A stretch of 64,000 nucleotides of DNA, from contig DASCPX010000016.1 of NCBI GenBank assembly GCA_036012755.1, forward strand, positions 128,001 through 192,000. Reading direction: 5' to 3'. Below the pieces are notes generated by a model. The model worked only from the letters and a program-made list of their open reading frames with translations, had not been told where the DNA came from and made no database searches. This document shows, piece after piece, positions 61,988 to 64,000 of this stretch. A program made the position numbers and the translations under genes. Position 1 is the stretch's first letter, and each line of letters opens with the position of its first letter. Origin of the DNA: Myxococcota bacterium (GTDB lineage Bacteria > Myxococcota_A > UBA796 > CAJQPC01).

Positions 61988-63433
61988 TCACCGCTCCAAG
62001 CGCCCGAGCGCCGGCGCCTCCGCGAAGGCGCGCTTGTAGTCGGCGAAGCGTCCCCCTGCTGCGACGGCGTCGTAGAGAGCGCGGCCCTCCGGGGGGCCGC
62101 CCTGGGCGAGGACCGCCTCGACCCATGCCCACCTCGCCGACGTGGCGCGCACCTCGGCGGCGCCCTTCAGCCCTCGGCGCAGACGCCGCAAGCGCCGCTC
62201 GATCTGCTTCTGGCCCGCGAAGCCCGCGTCCACCAGCGGCGTCCCGAGCTTCGGCACGAAGGGGGCGATGCCCAGGGCGACGGGGTGGATGCTGGCGAGC
62301 TGTCGGGTGAAGGCGACGAGCTCGTCGATGTCCTCGTCCTGCTCCCCGGGGACGCCGACCATCATGTAGACCTTCAGGACCCGGAACCGGTGCTCCCGGG
62401 CCAGTTCGGCGCAGCGCAGCAGGTGCCGCTCGACGGTGCCCTTCTCCAGGTCCCGACGAAGCCGCTGGCTGGCGGCGTCGCTGGCGACGGTCAGGGTGGA
62501 GTAGCCCCCCGCCCGCAACAGCCGCGCGATGTCCGGCCTGAGGGCTACGCGATCCGCGCGCAGCGAGGAGATGCCCAGACCGACCCCGGCTTCGACCAGC
62601 CTATCGAGCAAGGGAACCAGCCCCGGGTGGTCGGAGATGGCGGCGCCGACGAGCCCGACCCGAGACGCGTAGGGAGGCACGAGCTCCAGGACGCGCTCCG
62701 GGCTCACCAGCCGCATGCCGCCGGAGGTCGAGCGACGCATCACGCAGAAGGTGCACTGGCGGTGGCAACCACGTTCGCCCTCGACGAGGAACATGTTGGA
62801 GAGCTCTGCATGAGGCGTGACGATCTGCGATCTCGCCGGAAGCAGCTCGTCAGGCGCCCTCGCGACCGGAACGAGGCCCTCGCGCCGAGAGGGCACGAGC
62901 CCCCCGGGCAGTCCCTCGATCACGCTGAGCCAGTCCTCGTCCCGCAGCGCCGCGTCCATCGCGGGCACGACCTGTTCGTCGGCCTCGCCGAGCAACAGGG
63001 CGTCGACGAAAGGGCTCAGCGGGAGGGGATTGCTGAAGGTCAGCGGGCCGCCGGCGAGGATGCGGGGATGCCGGTCCCCGCGGTCCTTTGACAGCGGCGG
63101 GATCCCGGCCAGCTCGAGGCACTTGATCAGCCCGGCCAGCTCGAGCTCGTAGGCGACGCTCACCCCAACCACCGGGAAGTGCGACAGGGGCGTCTCTGTC
63201 TCGATCGTGAGGAGCGGTCCGCGCCAGGCTCCGGGGTCGTCGGGCAACACGGCCCGCTCGACGGCGAAGCCCGCGTCGGACAGCAGGCGGTGGATCCACT
63301 GGAACCCCAGCGACGACATCGCGGCGCGGTAGGGCGAGGGGTACAGGAGCGCGACGCGCCGCGGTCCGGGCGAGAACGTCGAGCCTTGCTCTTCCGCGCG
63401 CCACGCGCGCAGCTGCCGGAGGGGATCCGCCAT
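61988..63433 (-). CDS. Radical SAM protein with B12-binding-like N-terminal domain
   Basis: YPSPY..MSSLG; AGGP..NP; GEAD; RGCHRQCTFC; SLRAD; YMMVGVPGE. Confidence 0.9.
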   Translation of the reverse strand: MADPLRQLRAWRAEEQGSTFSPGPRRVALLYPSPYRAAMSSLGFQWIHRLLSDAGFAVERAVLPDDPGAWRGPLLTIETETPLSHFPVVGVSVAYELELAGLIKCLELAGIPPLSKDRGDRHPRILAGGPLTFSNPLPLSPFVDALLLGEADEQVVPAMDAALRDEDWLSVIEGLPGGLVPSRREGLVPVARAPDELLPARSQIVTPHAELSNMFLVEGERGCHRQCTFCVMRRSTSGGMRLVSPERVLELVPPYASRVGLVGAAISDHPGLVPLLDRLVEAGVGLGISSLRADRVALRPDIARLLRAGGYSTLTVASDAASQRLRRDLEKGTVERHLLRCAELAREHRFRVLKVYMMVGVPGEQDEDIDELVAFTRQLASIHPVALGIAPFVPKLGTPLVDAGFAGQKQIERRLRRLRRGLKGAAEVRATSARWAWVEAVLAQGGPPEGRALYDAVAAGGRFADYKRAFAEAPALGRLER

Positions 63434-63505
63434 GGCCCCAGACTAACTGCGCCCGGTCCTGGCCCACCGCTTGCACTGACAGCCGGCAGGCACCCCGGGA
63501 ATCCG

Positions 63506-64000
63506 ATGGCGACTTCGTTGCCCCCCATGGCGATCAACCAGGGCCTGGCTACCGCGCGCAAGATGGCAGCCAAGGGGCAGCTGGAGCAGGCGCGCGGGGT
63601 CGCCAAGGCGCTCTTCGGCGCCGCCCAGGGTCACCCGGAGCTCGCGGCCGAGGCCCTCGGGCACCTCGGCTGCATCGACCTCGAGCGCGGGGATCTCGAC
63701 GAGGCGGACCAGCGCCTTCAGACCGCCCTGCAGGGAGGCCTGGACGAGGACACGCGGGCTCGCTTCGAGGGCGCGCTCGCGGAGCTCTGGGCTCGGCTGG
63801 GGGACCCCGGAGGTCAGGCGCTCCTCGCCCAGGCCTTCCGTCGGGTGAGGTGCCCGGAACAGAGAGCCGTGCTCCTCTGCCGCGCAGGGAGCATCGCGAT
63901 GCTCAACGGCGACCCGCTGGTCGGGATGGCGGCCCTGTGGGACGCCAGAGCAGCCAGGCGCGAGCTGGGCAGTGCACCCGAGCTCGACTGGGCGGTGGGG
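63506..64000 (+). CDS. TPR-like protein, truncated by the window end
   Basis: Open frame from ATG 63506: ..GQLEQAR..ALGHLGCIDLERGDLDEA.. Confidence 0.55.
   Translation, partial: MATSLPPMAINQGLATARKMAAKGQLEQARGVAKALFGAAQGHPELAAEALGHLGCIDLERGDLDEADQRLQTALQGGLDEDTRARFEGALAELWARLGDPGGQALLAQAFRRVRCPEQRAVLLCRAGSIAMLNGDPLVGMAALWDARAARRELGSAPELDWAVG

Noticed and set aside
1..64000. tRNA, rRNA, riboswitch, prophage or integrase
   Set aside because: None recognisable by eye; intergenic gaps are short and a covariance-model search was not possible

Overview
High-GC bacterial DNA. Its PEGA, MopE-like repeat, vWA/Ig lipoprotein and PilA-like content suggests Myxococcota; this is inferred, not confirmed. 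Bases 150-19500 hold a lipid/acyl-CoA catabolic island: a MerR-family regulator, two FadL-like barrels, three acyl-CoA dehydrogenases, a crotonase, ALDH, SCP2, an SDR-SCP2-MaoC fusion, a carboxyltransferase, a Cys-less thiolase plus DUF35 partner, and an acyl-CoA ligase. Each of its five promoter regions carries one copy of a 23-27 bp palindrome (AGTRTWAGGTG-N-CACCTKAYACT). The rest is mostly secreted and lipoprotein genes, ferredoxin, an S46 peptidase, a CotH kinase, an AAA/DUF4143 ATPase, NfnAB-like genes, pepD, uvrC, uvrB, a pseudokinase/pseudo-STAND pair, a RAYT-like HUH transposase with flanking repeats, two Zn-ribbon-pilin paralogs, LysR and a radical SAM enzyme. Window-wide patterns are 13 predicted lipoproteins with ultra-short signal peptides (Cys at residue 8-9), many probable leaderless genes (-10 box 6-8 nt before the start), two sigma54 promoters abutting start codons, and two poly-G frameshifts. 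No rRNA, tRNA or CRISPR was seen. All calls come from reading motifs by eye; no searches were run.
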